DNA of 64,000 nucleotides from an uncultured Rickettsiales bacterium (GTDB lineage Bacteria; Pseudomonadota; Alphaproteobacteria; Rickettsiales; CAZNNM01): NCBI GenBank assembly GCA_964574415.1, contig CAZNNM010000009.1, positions 4,975 to 68,974 of the forward strand, read 5' to 3'. Shown piece by piece: positions 63,832 to 64,000 of this stretch (position 1 is its first letter; each line of letters starts with the position of its first letter). The notes under the pieces were generated by a model. It saw only the letters and a program-made list of their open reading frames with translations, ran no database searches and was not told where the DNA came from. The position numbers and the translations under genes were made by a program.

Positions 63832-64000
63832 GTCACCTTTATTTTTCCTGTAGAATAGGTTTTATCACCCACACTATAGGTAAATACCAGGCGTTCTTTT
63901 TCAGGGTAATACTGTAAGGATAAAGACATTGATGCACCTGGCCTGATAATGCTGGTAAATTTGATAGACTCAATCGATGAAAGCTGTCCTTTCAATGCTA
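63828..64000 (-). CDS. 3' end of a hotdog-fold dehydratase-like gene (partial; continues past the right edge)
   Basis: The minus-frame translation ALKGQLSSIESIKFTSIIRPGASMSLSLQYYPEKERLVFTYSVGDKTYSTGKIKVT* ends in a TGA overlapping the GT2 ATG (ATGA). Confidence 0.5.
   Translation of the reverse strand, partial: ALKGQLSSIESIKFTSIIRPGASMSLSLQYYPEKERLVFTYSVGDKTYSTGKIKVT

Noticed and set aside
1-64000. Integrase, transposase, prophage, CRISPR-Cas, rRNA or secretion-apparatus genes
   Set aside because: No ORF in the track shows motifs of these families. The mobility inferences therefore rest only on repeats, the tRNA fragment and the MITE-like elements.

Overview
This 64-kb window appears to come from a moderately AT-rich Gram-negative chromosome. 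A host- or amoeba-associated lifestyle is my inference from an F-box protein, eukaryote-like repeat proteins and MITE-like palindromes. All domain calls rest on motifs read by eye; I ran no database or HMM search.

Layout, left to right:
(1) 1-11.8 kb, minus strand: a two-partner-secretion/CDI-like locus. It holds a 3129-aa FhaB/CdiA-like exoprotein with a C-terminal alpha/beta-hydrolase (GHSNG) domain, a downstream lipoprotein (candidate immunity protein), and a 5'-truncated orphan copy of the exoprotein gene that runs off the left edge. No tpsB/cdiB gene is in the window.
(2) 12-13.5 kb: two tandem XRE regulators, then a 3' fragment of tRNA-Arg(ACG) flanked by repeated GGTGTTGTCTT motifs. 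This may be a genomic-island boundary.
(3) 13.5-20 kb: an 84-aa small ORF, a 1707-aa multidomain protein with two ALG5-like GT2 domains, and a divergent F-box protein with 36-aa mTERF-like repeats.
(4) 20.0-39.1 kb, the most unusual region: an all-minus-strand mosaic locus. It has three giant modular proteins (1395, 1375 and 1066 aa), five truncated or chimeric relatives, and four small membrane/lipoprotein genes. These are joined by four copies of a promoter-bearing cassette, recurrent breakpoints at conserved codons, a 450-bp perfect repeat and a G7 frameshift. I read it as a candidate N-terminally polymorphic effector/toxin system of a family I do not recognise.
(5) 39.2-41.6 kb: a 798-aa mTERF-like repeat protein.
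(6) 41.8-46.7 kb: a copper-resistance cluster (copA, copB, DUF2231, DUF411) downstream of a CnrYXH-like ECF module.
(7) 46.9-53.3 kb: His/Cys-rich proteins, a peroxiredoxin homologue lacking its catalytic Cys, an Ada-AlkA fusion, ogt and several MITE-like elements.
(8) 53.3-64 kb: an aryl-polyene-type lipid/pigment cluster that includes a flavin-halogenase-like gene and continues past the right edge.

I saw no rRNA, complete tRNA, CRISPR array, integrase or transposase.
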